Shown: positions 1 through 11,492 of the stretch, in pieces
Layout: each line of letters opens with the position of its first letter
Position numbering within the stretch: the stretch's first letter is position 1
Origin: Sandaracinaceae bacterium
GTDB lineage: Bacteria; Myxococcota_A; Polyangia; Polyangiales; Sandaracinaceae
Assembly (NCBI GenBank): GCA_044220955.1
Contig: JBGAQA010000001.1
Location: 32,001-96,000 of the forward strand
Direction: 5' to 3'
DNA: 64,000 bases
Made by a program: the position numbers and the translations under genes
The notes under the pieces: generated by a model
The model's input: the letters and a program-made list of their open reading frames with translations, nothing else
Told to the model about the DNA's origin: nothing
Databases searched by the model: none

Positions 1-2
1 CG

Positions 3-329
3 AGCATCGCGGCGCTGCCGGGCGGCGGGTTCGCCGTCGCGTGGGTCCGCGAGCAGCCTGGGGCGGGGAGCGCCCCGAACCGGAGCATCGAGCTCGGCGT
101 GATCACGCCGGCCGGCGATCGCGCGTTCCTCGATCCCTCGTGCGACCGGCGCGAGGTCGCCGCGAGCGGAGCCCTGCCCGGCTCGCACACGCGACCCTCG
201 ATCGTCGTGCTGCCCGACGGGAGCGTGCTCGTGGCGTGGAGCGCGATCGACGCAGGCGGCGCGGACGTGAGCGGAGCGGCGATCTACGCGGTGGGGATGG
301 CTTCTCGGGACCTCTTGCCGACGAGATAG
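3..329 (+). CDS. C-terminal part of a hypothetical secreted beta-rich protein (starts before the window)
   Basis: Frame of ORF 99..329 is open back to position 3 (SIAALPGGGFAVAWV...PSIVVLPDGSVLVAW), a repeated propeller-like motif. Confidence 0.6.
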   Translation, partial: SIAALPGGGFAVAWVREQPGAGSAPNRSIELGVITPAGDRAFLDPSCDRREVAASGALPGSHTRPSIVVLPDGSVLVAWSAIDAGGADVSGAAIYAVGMASRDLLPTR

Positions 330-339
330 GCGGACCCAC

Positions 340-1074
340 GTGCGCGGAGACCACAGGCTCGTGTGGGCATCGATGTTCTCGCTCGCTGGCTGCGTCGCGA
401 GCGGGCCCGTGGCGGATCTCGACGCGCGCGTCACTCGCCGCGACGCCGGCGCACCGATGTGCGCCACGCCGGGGAGCGCGGGCGACGGCGCTCCGTGTCG
501 CTGCGGCGCGGACTGCGCCGTCGGCGCGGCGTGCTCCACGGAGACCGAGAGCGGCACGCCCGGCGGCGTCTGCCTGCACACGTGCGACCCCACCGTCGCG
601 ACGAGCTGCGCGACCGGCGCGACCTGCACGGGCCTCTCGAGCATGGGCGCATGCACGCCGAGCTGCACCACACCGAGCGAGTGCCCCGCGGGGCGCGTCT
701 GCGGTGGCGGGATCTGCCTGCCCTACTGCGCATCGGACGCCGAGTGCGTCGAGACCGGGCACTGCAACCCGTACACGGGGCTCTGCACCGACGGAGCGCC
801 GCCCACGGGCGCGGGATCGCTCGCGCCCTGCGTGCGCCCCGACGACTGCGCGTCGGGCTTCTGCGATCCGGGCCTGCATCGCTGCGGCACCTCGTGCTCT
901 CTCTCCCGCGGCGGCTGTCCGGGTGACGAGATCTGCGTCGAGGACGCGGACCTCGGCGACGACCTCGGCGTCTGCACGCTGCGCTGCTCGTCCACCGGCG
1001 AGTGCCCGATGGCGGGCCTGCGCTGCGTCCTGACCAGCATCCCCTCCGGGACCGCCCGGGTCTGCGTCCCTTGA
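340..1074 (+). CDS. Cys-rich lipoprotein
   Basis: Lipobox LAGC; dense C-x-x-D-x-E/D-C and CNPxxGLC repeats. Confidence 0.8.
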   Translation: MRGDHRLVWASMFSLAGCVASGPVADLDARVTRRDAGAPMCATPGSAGDGAPCRCGADCAVGAACSTETESGTPGGVCLHTCDPTVATSCATGATCTGLSSMGACTPSCTTPSECPAGRVCGGGICLPYCASDAECVETGHCNPYTGLCTDGAPPTGAGSLAPCVRPDDCASGFCDPGLHRCGTSCSLSRGGCPGDEICVEDADLGDDLGVCTLRCSSTGECPMAGLRCVLTSIPSGTARVCVP

Positions 1075-1101
1075 GTCCACGTCCTGCCGAGGAGATCCAC
1101 C

Positions 1102-1803
1102 ATGCGTAGCTCGACGTTGCTCTTCCCCGCGCTCGTGCTCGTCGCCTGCGCCGCGGAGCCGCCTCCGCCCGGCGCCGACGCCGGATCCGACGCGTCCTCC
1201 GCGCCCGACACCGGGCCCGCGTGTGGCACCGGCGCGGACGTGCCGGACGGCTGGCCCTGTCACTGTGACACCGAGTGCACCGCGGGCGCCGTGTGCAACG
1301 CGGAGTCGCTCGAGGGACAGCCCGGCGGCTCGTGCGTGCGCCTGTGCAGCGCGACCATGTCGTGCAGCGCCGGCGCCGTCTGCCACACGGCGACCGGACG
1401 CTGCCGCGCCGCCTGCACGACGCTCGCGGACTGCCCGCGCGGCCGCTACTGCACGAACGGCGAGTGCCGCGTCCTCTGCGTCGACGACTCGGAGTGCGAC
1501 TCGGGGATGTGCAACCCGTGGTCGGGCCTCTGCGTGACGAGCCCCCCGACCGGCGCCGGCGTCTTCGGTGCATGCACGCAGCACTCCGACTGCCGCGGCG
1601 GGTTCTGCTACATGGGGTTCTGTCCGGTGTTCTGCCGTGAAGACACGCCGGTCTGTCCGGACGGATCCACGTGCTTCGTCACCGGCGGCGGGGACGGGAT
1701 CTGCAGCTGGCCGTGTCCCGGCGGCACCTGCACGCAGGCCGGGCTCGAGTGCGTCAGCGTCTCGGGCGAGCCCTGGTGCTTGCCGCCCGGGTTCGGCGCG
1801 TGA
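1102..1803 (+). CDS. Cys-rich lipoprotein, paralog of the upstream gene
   Basis: GAGGAG RBS; lipobox LVAC; Cys pattern collinear with 340..1074. Confidence 0.85.
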   Translation: MRSSTLLFPALVLVACAAEPPPPGADAGSDASSAPDTGPACGTGADVPDGWPCHCDTECTAGAVCNAESLEGQPGGSCVRLCSATMSCSAGAVCHTATGRCRAACTTLADCPRGRYCTNGECRVLCVDDSECDSGMCNPWSGLCVTSPPTGAGVFGACTQHSDCRGGFCYMGFCPVFCREDTPVCPDGSTCFVTGGGDGICSWPCPGGTCTQAGLECVSVSGEPWCLPPGFGA

Positions 1804-3071
1804 GCGTGCGCGCCGCAGCGCTCTTCGTCCTCGTCGTCGCGCTCGCGAGCGCCACGGGCGGCGTCGTGCGCGCAGACGACGCTTCGGAGGCGCAGCTCCA
1901 CCACGACCTCGGGATGGAGCTCTTCGGTCAGCACCGCTACGCCGAGGCGCTCGATCACTTCATCGCGTCCAACCGCCTCGTACCGAACCGCAACGTGGTC
2001 TTCAACATCGCGGCGATCTACCGCGCGCTCCACCACCCGCGCGACGCGTACAACTGGCTCGAGATCTACCTCCACGACTTCGACCTGAGCGAGACCGAGC
2101 GCCGCGAAGGAACCGAGCTGCGTGATCAGATCGGCGCGGCGCTCGCGGTGGTGGACGTGGAGAGTGATCCTCCGGGCGCGACCATCTACGTCGACCGGGC
2201 GGAGCTCGGCGCCCTCGGCGTGGCACCGCGCCGCGTCGCGCTCGAGGCCGGCCATCACACGCTGATCCTGCAGGCCCCCGGCCGACACGAGGCGCGGGCG
2301 GAGGTCGAAGCGACGTCCGGTCACGTCGTCGGCGCCAGCGTGAGCCTCTCGGCGATCACCGGGCACCTCGTCGTCCGGACCGAGCCGGCGGGCGCGGCGG
2401 TGCGCATCGAGGGCAGCGACGCGGCCCTCGGCGTCACACCGCTCGAGGTGGACCTACCCGTCGGCGACGTCTTGCTGGAGATCCGCCTCGCGGGCTTCGG
2501 CGACGAGCGCCGGAGCGTGCTCCTCGAGGACGGCGCCACCGCGACGGTCGAGCTCACGCTGCAGCACGACGCCTCGACGCTCGCGATCCTGTCGGCCGTG
2601 ACGAGCCCCGAGGGCGCCGAGCTGATCCTCGACGGCCAGCCGATCGGCGTCGGGCCGCTGACGCTCGAGGGCGTCGCGCCCGGAACCCACCACCTGGAGG
2701 TGCGGGCTCCCGGCCACGACCCGTGGAGCGTGGACGCCCTCTTCGAGGCGGGCGCCGCCACGCGTGTGCGCGCGACGCTACGCGATCCGCAGGGCGGGCC
2801 TCCGGAGGCGATCGCCATCACGGGATACGTGCTGGGCGCGGCCATCGCCGCCGCAGCGATCGGAACGGCCGTCGCGGGCCTGCTCGCGCGAGACGCGTTC
2901 TTCGCTGCCGCCAACCCGACCCGCGCCGACTACGACATGGTCGGCACGCTCAACCTGGCCGCGGACGTCCTCGGAGCGCTGGGCGCTGCCGTGCTCGTGG
3001 GGACGTTCGTCTTCGATCTCTCGACCGGCCCGCCGCCCCCCTCGAGCGGCACGTTCGACCTCGAGCGTTGA
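1800..3071 (+). CDS. TPR + multiple PEGA domain protein with C-terminal membrane segments
   Basis: GTG start overlaps the upstream stop (GTGA); signal peptide; TPR-like helices; three PEGA-like repeats (ESDPPGATIYVD, RTEPAGAAVRIE, TSPEGAELILDG). Confidence 0.85.
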   Translation: MSVRAAALFVLVVALASATGGVVRADDASEAQLHHDLGMELFGQHRYAEALDHFIASNRLVPNRNVVFNIAAIYRALHHPRDAYNWLEIYLHDFDLSETERREGTELRDQIGAALAVVDVESDPPGATIYVDRAELGALGVAPRRVALEAGHHTLILQAPGRHEARAEVEATSGHVVGASVSLSAITGHLVVRTEPAGAAVRIEGSDAALGVTPLEVDLPVGDVLLEIRLAGFGDERRSVLLEDGATATVELTLQHDASTLAILSAVTSPEGAELILDGQPIGVGPLTLEGVAPGTHHLEVRAPGHDPWSVDALFEAGAATRVRATLRDPQGGPPEAIAITGYVLGAAIAAAAIGTAVAGLLARDAFFAAANPTRADYDMVGTLNLAADVLGALGAAVLVGTFVFDLSTGPPPPSSGTFDLER

Positions 3072-3125
3072 GCCGCGGAACGCGGCCCGCGTGTGGGCCC
3101 GCGTGCTCGGACACTCCGGCCCCGA

Positions 3126-4718
<1,593 letters not shown>

Positions 4719-4772
4719 CGCGGCGCGAGCATACCAGAGGCGCGCGCCTGCATGGGCGGCCTGGGCGTCCGC

Positions 4773-5741
4773 TCACGGCCCTGCGCCGGAGACGAGCGCG
4801 AGCGCGCGCAGCGCCGCGGCGAGCTCGGTGAACGTCGCCTGCGTGTCGGCCGTCACCATCGATCCCACGGCGGCGACGCGCGCGACGGAGAGCGGATGCG
4901 CGAGACCGAGCGCCGCCACGAGGGGGTTCTGCGCGATCAGCGCGAGCTCCGCGCCGGCGACCACGGCCACTGGCGCGGCGAGCGCGGCGGACGGGAAGTC
5001 CAGCTCGAGGTGGATCGCTGCGCCCTGCCCCGCGCGCTCGACCGTCGCGCGCGCGGCGGTCGCCCCGAGATCCGCGAGGACCGGCGGCGGCGAGGTCGTC
5101 TCCGCGCGCACCAGCTCTCCCTCGGGCACGACGAGCCCCGGCTCGATGATGTCGGTATCCGCCTCGCGCCGCGCCGCGTGATCGCGCGCGGCGACGAGGA
5201 TCGCGCCGCGCTCGTCGTCGGGCGCGATGACCGCCTCGTGCGCGGCGCTCAGCAGGATCGCGTGGGGCGTCTCGCGCGAGAGCTCGCCGGGAAGCAGCGC
5301 CGACACGAGCCCCTGGCTCTCGCGCCACGCGAGCGGCTCGCCCCGCTCGCCCGCGATCCGCGCGAGGAGCGCCCGCGCGGCGGCCAAGCCCTCGTGGTGG
5401 CGGAGCACGACGCGCCAGCGCGGCGCGACGGGACCGCCGCGCCAGGACGAGATGCTCGAGGTCGTCGTCACCATCGCGTCGAGGTCGCGTATCGGGTCGA
5501 ACGACGCGGTGCTCGCCAGGCGCTCGAAGAGCGGCGAGCCGCGCCAGAGCGTCGAGACGTCGCCCGCGATGGGGGTCGCTCGGATCGCGGCGCAGTCGAC
5601 GCGGAGCAAGAAGGCGCGCGGGACGTGGAGGTAGGTCGCGACCGGGCCCGAGGGGCCTGGGCGAGCGGGGGGAGGCGCCGGGGCGGCCGCGCCGCACGCC
5701 GTGAGCGCGAGGGCGAGGGCGAGAGCGAGGGCGAGGCGCAC
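4773..5741 (-). CDS. hypothetical lipoprotein
   Basis: (LA)n signal peptide ending in LTAC. Confidence 0.75.
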   Translation of the reverse strand: MRLALALALALALTACGAAAPAPPPARPGPSGPVATYLHVPRAFLLRVDCAAIRATPIAGDVSTLWRGSPLFERLASTASFDPIRDLDAMVTTTSSISSWRGGPVAPRWRVVLRHHEGLAAARALLARIAGERGEPLAWRESQGLVSALLPGELSRETPHAILLSAAHEAVIAPDDERGAILVAARDHAARREADTDIIEPGLVVPEGELVRAETTSPPPVLADLGATAARATVERAGQGAAIHLELDFPSAALAAPVAVVAGAELALIAQNPLVAALGLAHPLSVARVAAVGSMVTADTQATFTELAAALRALALVSGAGP

Positions 5742-5760
5742 GAGGATCGGGGTAGCACGA

Positions 5761-5784
5761 GCGAGAGCGAGAGCGAGAGCGAGA
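5761..5784. repeat. (GCGAGA)4 hexamer microsatellite, intergenic
   Basis: Four perfect copies next to the stop codon of 5787..6839. Confidence 0.9.
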
Positions 5785-5786
5785 GC

Positions 5787-6839
5787 TCAGCCCGGCGGGA
5801 AGATCACGATCACGATGCGGCACGCAGCGATGGACGGGGGCGCGACCGACACCTCCGGGCTCCACACGACGCACTCCTCGGTCGGCGCGGTGAGGTCGCC
5901 GAGCAAGCTCATCGACGCACGCACCGCGCGCGCGGCCGTCCCGAGCCGCACGCCGTTCTCCGCGATCCACCCATCGCTCGCGAAGAGCACCAGCGGCCGG
6001 CGGGCCTGCGCGATGCGCGCGAGCTCCTCGAAGATCGCCTCGTCGTCGGGACCGGCCAGACCGAGGAACGTGAACGCGTGGATCGGCCGCTCGACCCGCA
6101 TCAGCGCCATCCCGAGCACCGAGGGACCGCCCACCGCGCGCACGCGCATGGCGGGGCGCGCGAGCGCGGCGGCCTCGATCAGCGCGCGACCGGGATCGGC
6201 GAACCCCGGGATGCCTTCCTCGGCGCCGAACACGCACGCGTCCTGGCCGCGCGCGGCGATCGCGCTCAGGCGCGCGGCCAGCACCGCGGGAGGCTCGTCG
6301 CCGATCTCGACGACCTCCTTGCCCGCGTGGGCGACGCCGAGCCCCGCGAGCAGCTCCACCGCCGCAGAAGCCTTGCCGGGCTCCACGAGCCACGCCCCCG
6401 CCGTCGCGAGCACCGCGAGCCCACGCGCAGACACGTCGCGCGGCTCGCCGAGGTGCCCGGGAACGAGCCAGAGCGTGGGCGCCGCGGTGGCCGCCGGAGC
6501 CATCGAGCGGGCCTGCACGCCCGCCGGCGCCGCGACGAGGTGGTCGTTGCGCTTCAGCGCACGGACGAGCGTCACGACCGCGCGCGCCGCCGAGTCCGGC
6601 AGGAACATGGGCTGGTGGCTCTGGAGCAGCACGTTCAGGTGAGCCGTCCGCGCGAAGGCCTTCTGCCCCTCGTCGCGCGCCTCGACGTAGAGCATCACCT
6701 CGTCCTTGTGCCCCTCCAGCGTGAACAGCGCGCCCGAGCGCTCCGGCAGTGCCTTGCCGAGGGACCACCCTTCACCCACCGGCTGCCCCACGGCGAGCGG
6801 CGCGATCAGCGCGCGCACGAGCTCGGGCGGCCAGGGCAT
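5787..6839 (-). CDS. tetrapyrrole-methylase-fold (RsmI-like) SAM methyltransferase with extra N-terminal domain
   Basis: LWLVPGHLGEPRDVSARG, EEGIPGFADPG, VGGPS and FTFLG resemble TP_methylase/RsmI motifs. Confidence 0.7.
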   Translation of the reverse strand: MPWPPELVRALIAPLAVGQPVGEGWSLGKALPERSGALFTLEGHKDEVMLYVEARDEGQKAFARTAHLNVLLQSHQPMFLPDSAARAVVTLVRALKRNDHLVAAPAGVQARSMAPAATAAPTLWLVPGHLGEPRDVSARGLAVLATAGAWLVEPGKASAAVELLAGLGVAHAGKEVVEIGDEPPAVLAARLSAIAARGQDACVFGAEEGIPGFADPGRALIEAAALARPAMRVRAVGGPSVLGMALMRVERPIHAFTFLGLAGPDDEAIFEELARIAQARRPLVLFASDGWIAENGVRLGTAARAVRASMSLLGDLTAPTEECVVWSPEVSVAPPSIAACRIVIVIFPPG

Positions 6840-6906
6840 CGCGCGATGGTCGGAGATCCGAGCGTCGGGGTCCAGCGTGCGCGAGCCCCGCGGCGGGGCG
6901 GTTCGC

Positions 6907-8268
6907 TCACGGCGCGGGCTCGATGGGCAGGCTCCGGAGGTCGATGCGGATCGCGGCGCGCACGGGCGAGCCGCTGCCTGCGCTGTGCCAGCCGAAGGTC
7001 ACCACCTCGCTCTGCGAGACCCAAATCGGGTTGTCCAGCAACCCCCAGCGCGTCCCGTCCGCGCTCGCCGGCGGCACCGCGAACCGGCGCTGGGTGCCGT
7101 CGGCCAGCGAGATCGCGGCGACGAACTGGCCCGAGGTGGAGCTGTTCACGTAAGCGTAGGTTCCGTCGCCGATCGCGGCACAGGTCGTCGACGCGCACGA
7201 GCCGAGGTCGTCCCGCACGCGTCGCGGCGCGAACCGCGCCATGCTCGTCTCGAACGGTGCAGTCCACAGCTCGTTGAGCGGGAAAGACGTGTGGGTGGGA
7301 TCGTCGGGGCCTTCGCGCCACACGATGTCGGTGGCGTCGGCTTCCAGGCCGTAGACATGCATGCCCGGCCGGGTGGAGGGGTAGAGCGGCTGGCGGCCCT
7401 CGTCGAGACTGACGACGTCGAACCCCGCGGTGCTCTCGGCGCTGGCCCGGAGCCCCAGCACGTAGTGACCGACGACCACCGGCTCCGCGCCTATCTCCGG
7501 GAACATCGCCCAGCGCGGCGGCTCCGCGACGAGAACGGCGGTGGTGGTGTCGATCGCGAAGGTCGTCTCGCTCGCGCTCGGCGACTGGACGAGATCGGCG
7601 TTGGTGATCACGCCGGACGGGACCTGCCAGAGCCCATCCACGAGCGGAGTCAGGTCGGACCAGCTTGCGAGCCCGATGAAGTCGTCGTGCCCCACGCCCG
7701 AGAACCAGTAGGCCGCATCGACGCCAACGGTCGTGCGATTGACGGTCGTGTCGGGACTACATAGGTCCGAGCGCCACGCGAACACCGCTTCATCGTCGTG
7801 GACGATCACGTAGTAGATGATCTCGACTCGGTCTGGATCTTCCAGGATCCACACCATCGCGCCGCGCGCATCGGTCCCTCCGTGGTTGGGAGCCACGCGA
7901 AGGAGCGGCGCGGCGGCGTGGTCGACCACGGTCCACTCACACACCGAGAGTGATCCGGGGCAGCGCTCCCAGTGGAACGCGAGCACGGCCTGCGGCTGTA
8001 GCGCGTACTGGAGACAGTCGCTCGGGAAGCCCGGGATCGAGGTCCAGCCCGGATCGTCCGGAGGCAGCGACGGCACCCTCGCGTCGTGGACCGAGCGCCA
8101 GGCGTCGTCCTCGCTCGCATCGTGGCCGCCGTCACGGCCGGCATCCCGGCCCGCCTCGCGCCCGCCGTCGGTCCCCGCGTCGGACAGAGACGCGTCGTCG
8201 CCCGGCGCGCCGCTACAGGCGACGGCCACGCTGAAGGCAGCAATGAGGACGCGGGCGCGCATGGACAC
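6907..8268 (-). CDS. hypothetical lipoprotein
   Basis: Lipobox AVAC, DAG-repeat linker, beta-rich body; 9 bp downstream of 8278..11448. Confidence 0.75.
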   Translation of the reverse strand: MSMRARVLIAAFSVAVACSGAPGDDASLSDAGTDGGREAGRDAGRDGGHDASEDDAWRSVHDARVPSLPPDDPGWTSIPGFPSDCLQYALQPQAVLAFHWERCPGSLSVCEWTVVDHAAAPLLRVAPNHGGTDARGAMVWILEDPDRVEIIYYVIVHDDEAVFAWRSDLCSPDTTVNRTTVGVDAAYWFSGVGHDDFIGLASWSDLTPLVDGLWQVPSGVITNADLVQSPSASETTFAIDTTTAVLVAEPPRWAMFPEIGAEPVVVGHYVLGLRASAESTAGFDVVSLDEGRQPLYPSTRPGMHVYGLEADATDIVWREGPDDPTHTSFPLNELWTAPFETSMARFAPRRVRDDLGSCASTTCAAIGDGTYAYVNSSTSGQFVAAISLADGTQRRFAVPPASADGTRWGLLDNPIWVSQSEVVTFGWHSAGSGSPVRAAIRIDLRSLPIEPAP

Positions 8269-8277
8269 CAGCGTCGC

Positions 8278-11200
8278 TCAGAACGTCTCGCCGCAGTCGT
8301 CGCGGTCCGCGTCGACGCGCGACGTGATCGGGTAGTGGCGAACCTCGACGTGCGTCCGGAGATCCACCGCGAGCCCGATGTCGAAAGGACCCGCATACAG
8401 CATCGTCGAGCCGACCGCACCGTCGCCCGAGCCGATCCGTCGGACGTGGACCTCGTCCCAAGCATCACGATGGCGCCCAGGCGCATGGTGCTCGATGCTC
8501 AGCCGCGCCACGACGTGCCGCCGCGCGGATCCGCTCGCGCCCACGAAGAGCTGGCCGTCCGGCCCGGCGCCGAGCGCGAAGCGTGTGTTCCGGCTCGTGC
8601 GCGGCCAACTCGCGAGCACCGTCGCGCCGTCCGAACTCGGGTCGACCGACACGAGCCGTACGACCGGCACGGGCCTGCCGCGTCCGCGATCCGAAGGCAG
8701 CGTATCCAGCACGAACAGGCGATTGCCGATCACGTCATACGTCGCGGCCAGGGGCTCCCCGAGCGCCACGTCGTCGATCGGGACGCTCCGGCGTACACCG
8801 TCGTCGAGGTCGATCGCGGACACCTGCGAGTCGATCACGAAGAGCTCGCCGCGCGAGGCCGACAGCACGAACACGGGCTGGGGCGCCGCGACGGCGGCTC
8901 GCGTAGACACGAGCGCTTGGGGGAAGCAGTTGCTCGGCCCGTTGCCGGGAGGACAGCCAGGGTTGAACCCTTCGGGCGCGAACCCGAACGGTGTCTGCCG
9001 GAGCACGCTCGCGATCTGGGATCCGTCGGACGCGATGCCCACGAAGCGGAGCGTCTGATCCGAGCGCAAGAGCGTGACTGGCTCCGCGAGCGCCGTCCAG
9101 CTCAGGTCCGTCGCGGTGAGCGGGGGATCGCTCGGGAAGACGGAGGCCGCTGGGATCGCGCCCACATCTGTGTACTGCAGCGCCAGCACGGGCGCAGGGA
9201 GGCCCGCGAACGTCGCGGGCACGAACCAGGGCCACTCCCCGAGCGGGGGGCAGATCGGCCCCAGGCTCGGCAGGCTCCGGCGGCAATCCGGGACGGGTAG
9301 CGTGCGGCACCCAGGAGGGATCGGTCCGGTGGGCGGGCACGCCGGGCCGCTCGGCGGAGTCACGGACAAGGGCGCGACCTGGCCGGAGCGGTAGTGACTG
9401 CGCAGAGCGCGGGTCGCCGGATCCGGGCTCGATGCACACAGGAGCGGCAGGCGGCAGTCGTGAGGCGAGTGCGTCCAGAGCACGCCTGGTACCGGCTCCG
9501 TGCTCGTCGGGGTTGTGTCGCCATACGCGAGGGCCGCCCAGCGCGGGATGTCGGCCTCCCACAGCTGCCAGTCGAAGGTCGGCGGCACCGACGGGCTCCT
9601 CCCCGTCGCCCCAGGCCCGAGTGGCAGTGAGCGATAGGTCACGAGGTCGGCCGCGGCGTCGGCGCGGAGACTCGTGATGTGACGCCAGGGTTGCAACAGC
9701 GAGTCGTCGGCAGGCTGATCAAACAACGTCTGCACCTGGTTGCGGACTCGCATGTCCGCGACGACACAGCCGGCGCTGGCCTGACACTCCGCCCGGAGCG
9801 TGTGACTTCCGTCGTGCCCAACGTCGTCCGCAGCAACGGGGCAGCGGCAATACCGGAAGCCCGTCGGACCGACGACGGAGGCCCCGGCGACGATGGGATC
9901 CAGCCGGATGGTCGTCGGCTCGAGCGTCGTGCTGCCGGTCCTCACGAGGTCGAGGTACGTGCGCGCGCACGGGATCGGATCGCACTGATCGCCAAGCGCT
10001 ACGCCCAGCGATCCGGTGCAGTCGGCGCTGGTGGGATCACATCGGTCCGCCGCGAGCTCGGCGTCGAGGTTGCAATTCATCTGGTCGGGGTTGAACGAGT
10101 CGCTGGCTTCGCCAGTGGCGGGTGGCGCGCAGTTGTCGCACGCATCGCCGACTCCGTCTCCGTCGCGGTCGGCCTGATCGGGGTCGTAGACGAGCGGGCA
10201 GTCGTCGTGGCCCAGATCCTCGCGCAATCCGTCGCCGTCCTGGTCGCCGGGCTGTTCCCTGTGCGTCGCGGGGTAGTCTGCCGGGCCGACGAACCATCCG
10301 CGCGCCGAGCGATCGGTGCTCAGGAAGCACCCGTTCGGGCCGGAGCAGTGCAAGACTTGGTCGGTGAGCGTCCGTACGTCGGCGTCCCAGACCGGCCGAC
10401 TGCCGAGCACGTTCGGGTTGAAGGTAACCTGGCCGGCATCGGTGCCGACGCCCGCATCGGGCCGGAAGTTGCGCTGCTCGGTGGCGACCGTGACGAGCGA
10501 GATCGCGCTGTCCGGATCGCCGGAGTAGAACGGCGAGCCGGAGTCGCCGAGCGCGACGCTCAAGAAAACGCTGGTCGCGTCGTCGCCGAAGCTCGTGAAG
10601 TCGCCTCGCCCGACCAGCGTTCCCCCGAGCGCGGGTCCGACAGCGCCGAAGGTGACGTCCGCGTAGACGCGACCACGGCCGCGGTTCGCGCGAGCCACGA
10701 CCCCGCCGTCCACGCCCGGAGCTCCGGCATCGACCCGGACGGGGTCGTGCTCGATGTTCACCCAGCGCAGCGGCGTCGGCGTCCCGTTCGCGATCGGTGT
10801 CTCGTCGCGCACACCCGCCGGGGTCGCGGAGATCGTCGTCGCTTGCACGGGGGCATCGACGCGACGATCGAGCAGGAGCAGCTCCCAGTCGAGGCTCGTC
10901 GCCTCCCCCGGAAACAGGTCCATGTCGGTGCACGGCGGCGCCGCCGTCGCGTCGAGACGCAGCGCGTGCTGATGCGCGAGGCACCTGAGCACACCGACCT
11001 GCCCCGGGTCGGTGATGGGCGTCGCGCCGAAGTCGGTGAACGCCTGACCGAACGCGACGCGGTCGGGCGACCCACAGTGAGCAGCGCTCGCCACGACGCG
11101 CGGCGTGATGAGGATGCCGCCGCAGGTGCCGGCGAGGCGGATGAGCGCACCCGACGTCTCGTCGCGGCGCTCGGGGCTGTGCGTCCGCACCACCGCGTCG

Positions 11201-11448
11201 CGCACCGACTGCGCGGACGTGGTCGGGGCGATGTCGGGCGGCAGGCCACCGTCCGGAAGCGTTCCGCCATCCGGGAGGAGACCCACGATGTTCTCGCGGT
11301 CGACCGCCGTCTGCTCCACCGTCTCACAGCCGACGAAAAGGGTCGTCGCTCCGGAGCAAGACAGACAGACAGACAGACAGACAGGACCAGGGCTCGGTCG
11401 CGCATCGTGGGCCTCCGGGTGATCAGGGTCGGCGGGCGGCCCGGGCAT
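8278..11448 (-). CDS. large secreted trypsin-like (S1) serine protease with thrombospondin type-3-like Ca-binding repeats; start uncertain
   Basis: CGGILITPRVVASAAHC (His), LDWELLLLD (candidate Asp), GDSGSP (Ser); DQDGDG..DDCP..DPDQADRDGDGVGDACDNC. Confidence 0.8.
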   Translation of the reverse strand: MPGPPADPDHPEAHDARPSPGPVCLSVCLSCSGATTLFVGCETVEQTAVDRENIVGLLPDGGTLPDGGLPPDIAPTTSAQSVRDAVVRTHSPERRDETSGALIRLAGTCGGILITPRVVASAAHCGSPDRVAFGQAFTDFGATPITDPGQVGVLRCLAHQHALRLDATAAPPCTDMDLFPGEATSLDWELLLLDRRVDAPVQATTISATPAGVRDETPIANGTPTPLRWVNIEHDPVRVDAGAPGVDGGVVARANRGRGRVYADVTFGAVGPALGGTLVGRGDFTSFGDDATSVFLSVALGDSGSPFYSGDPDSAISLVTVATEQRNFRPDAGVGTDAGQVTFNPNVLGSRPVWDADVRTLTDQVLHCSGPNGCFLSTDRSARGWFVGPADYPATHREQPGDQDGDGLREDLGHDDCPLVYDPDQADRDGDGVGDACDNCAPPATGEASDSFNPDQMNCNLDAELAADRCDPTSADCTGSLGVALGDQCDPIPCARTYLDLVRTGSTTLEPTTIRLDPIVAGASVVGPTGFRYCRCPVAADDVGHDGSHTLRAECQASAGCVVADMRVRNQVQTLFDQPADDSLLQPWRHITSLRADAAADLVTYRSLPLGPGATGRSPSVPPTFDWQLWEADIPRWAALAYGDTTPTSTEPVPGVLWTHSPHDCRLPLLCASSPDPATRALRSHYRSGQVAPLSVTPPSGPACPPTGPIPPGCRTLPVPDCRRSLPSLGPICPPLGEWPWFVPATFAGLPAPVLALQYTDVGAIPAASVFPSDPPLTATDLSWTALAEPVTLLRSDQTLRFVGIASDGSQIASVLRQTPFGFAPEGFNPGCPPGNGPSNCFPQALVSTRAAVAAPQPVFVLSASRGELFVIDSQVSAIDLDDGVRRSVPIDDVALGEPLAATYDVIGNRLFVLDTLPSDRGRGRPVPVVRLVSVDPSSDGATVLASWPRTSRNTRFALGAGPDGQLFVGASGSARRHVVARLSIEHHAPGRHRDAWDEVHVRRIGSGDGAVGSTMLYAGPFDIGLAVDLRTHVEVRHYPITSRVDADRDDCGETF
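11359..11384. repeat. (AGAC)6+AG tetranucleotide microsatellite in the 5' region of the protease gene
   Basis: agacagacagacagacagacagacag read directly. Confidence 0.95.
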
Positions 11449-11492
11449 GTCAACGCGGCTGGCTCTGGTGCGCGCCGTGGTAAGCAGCGCGG

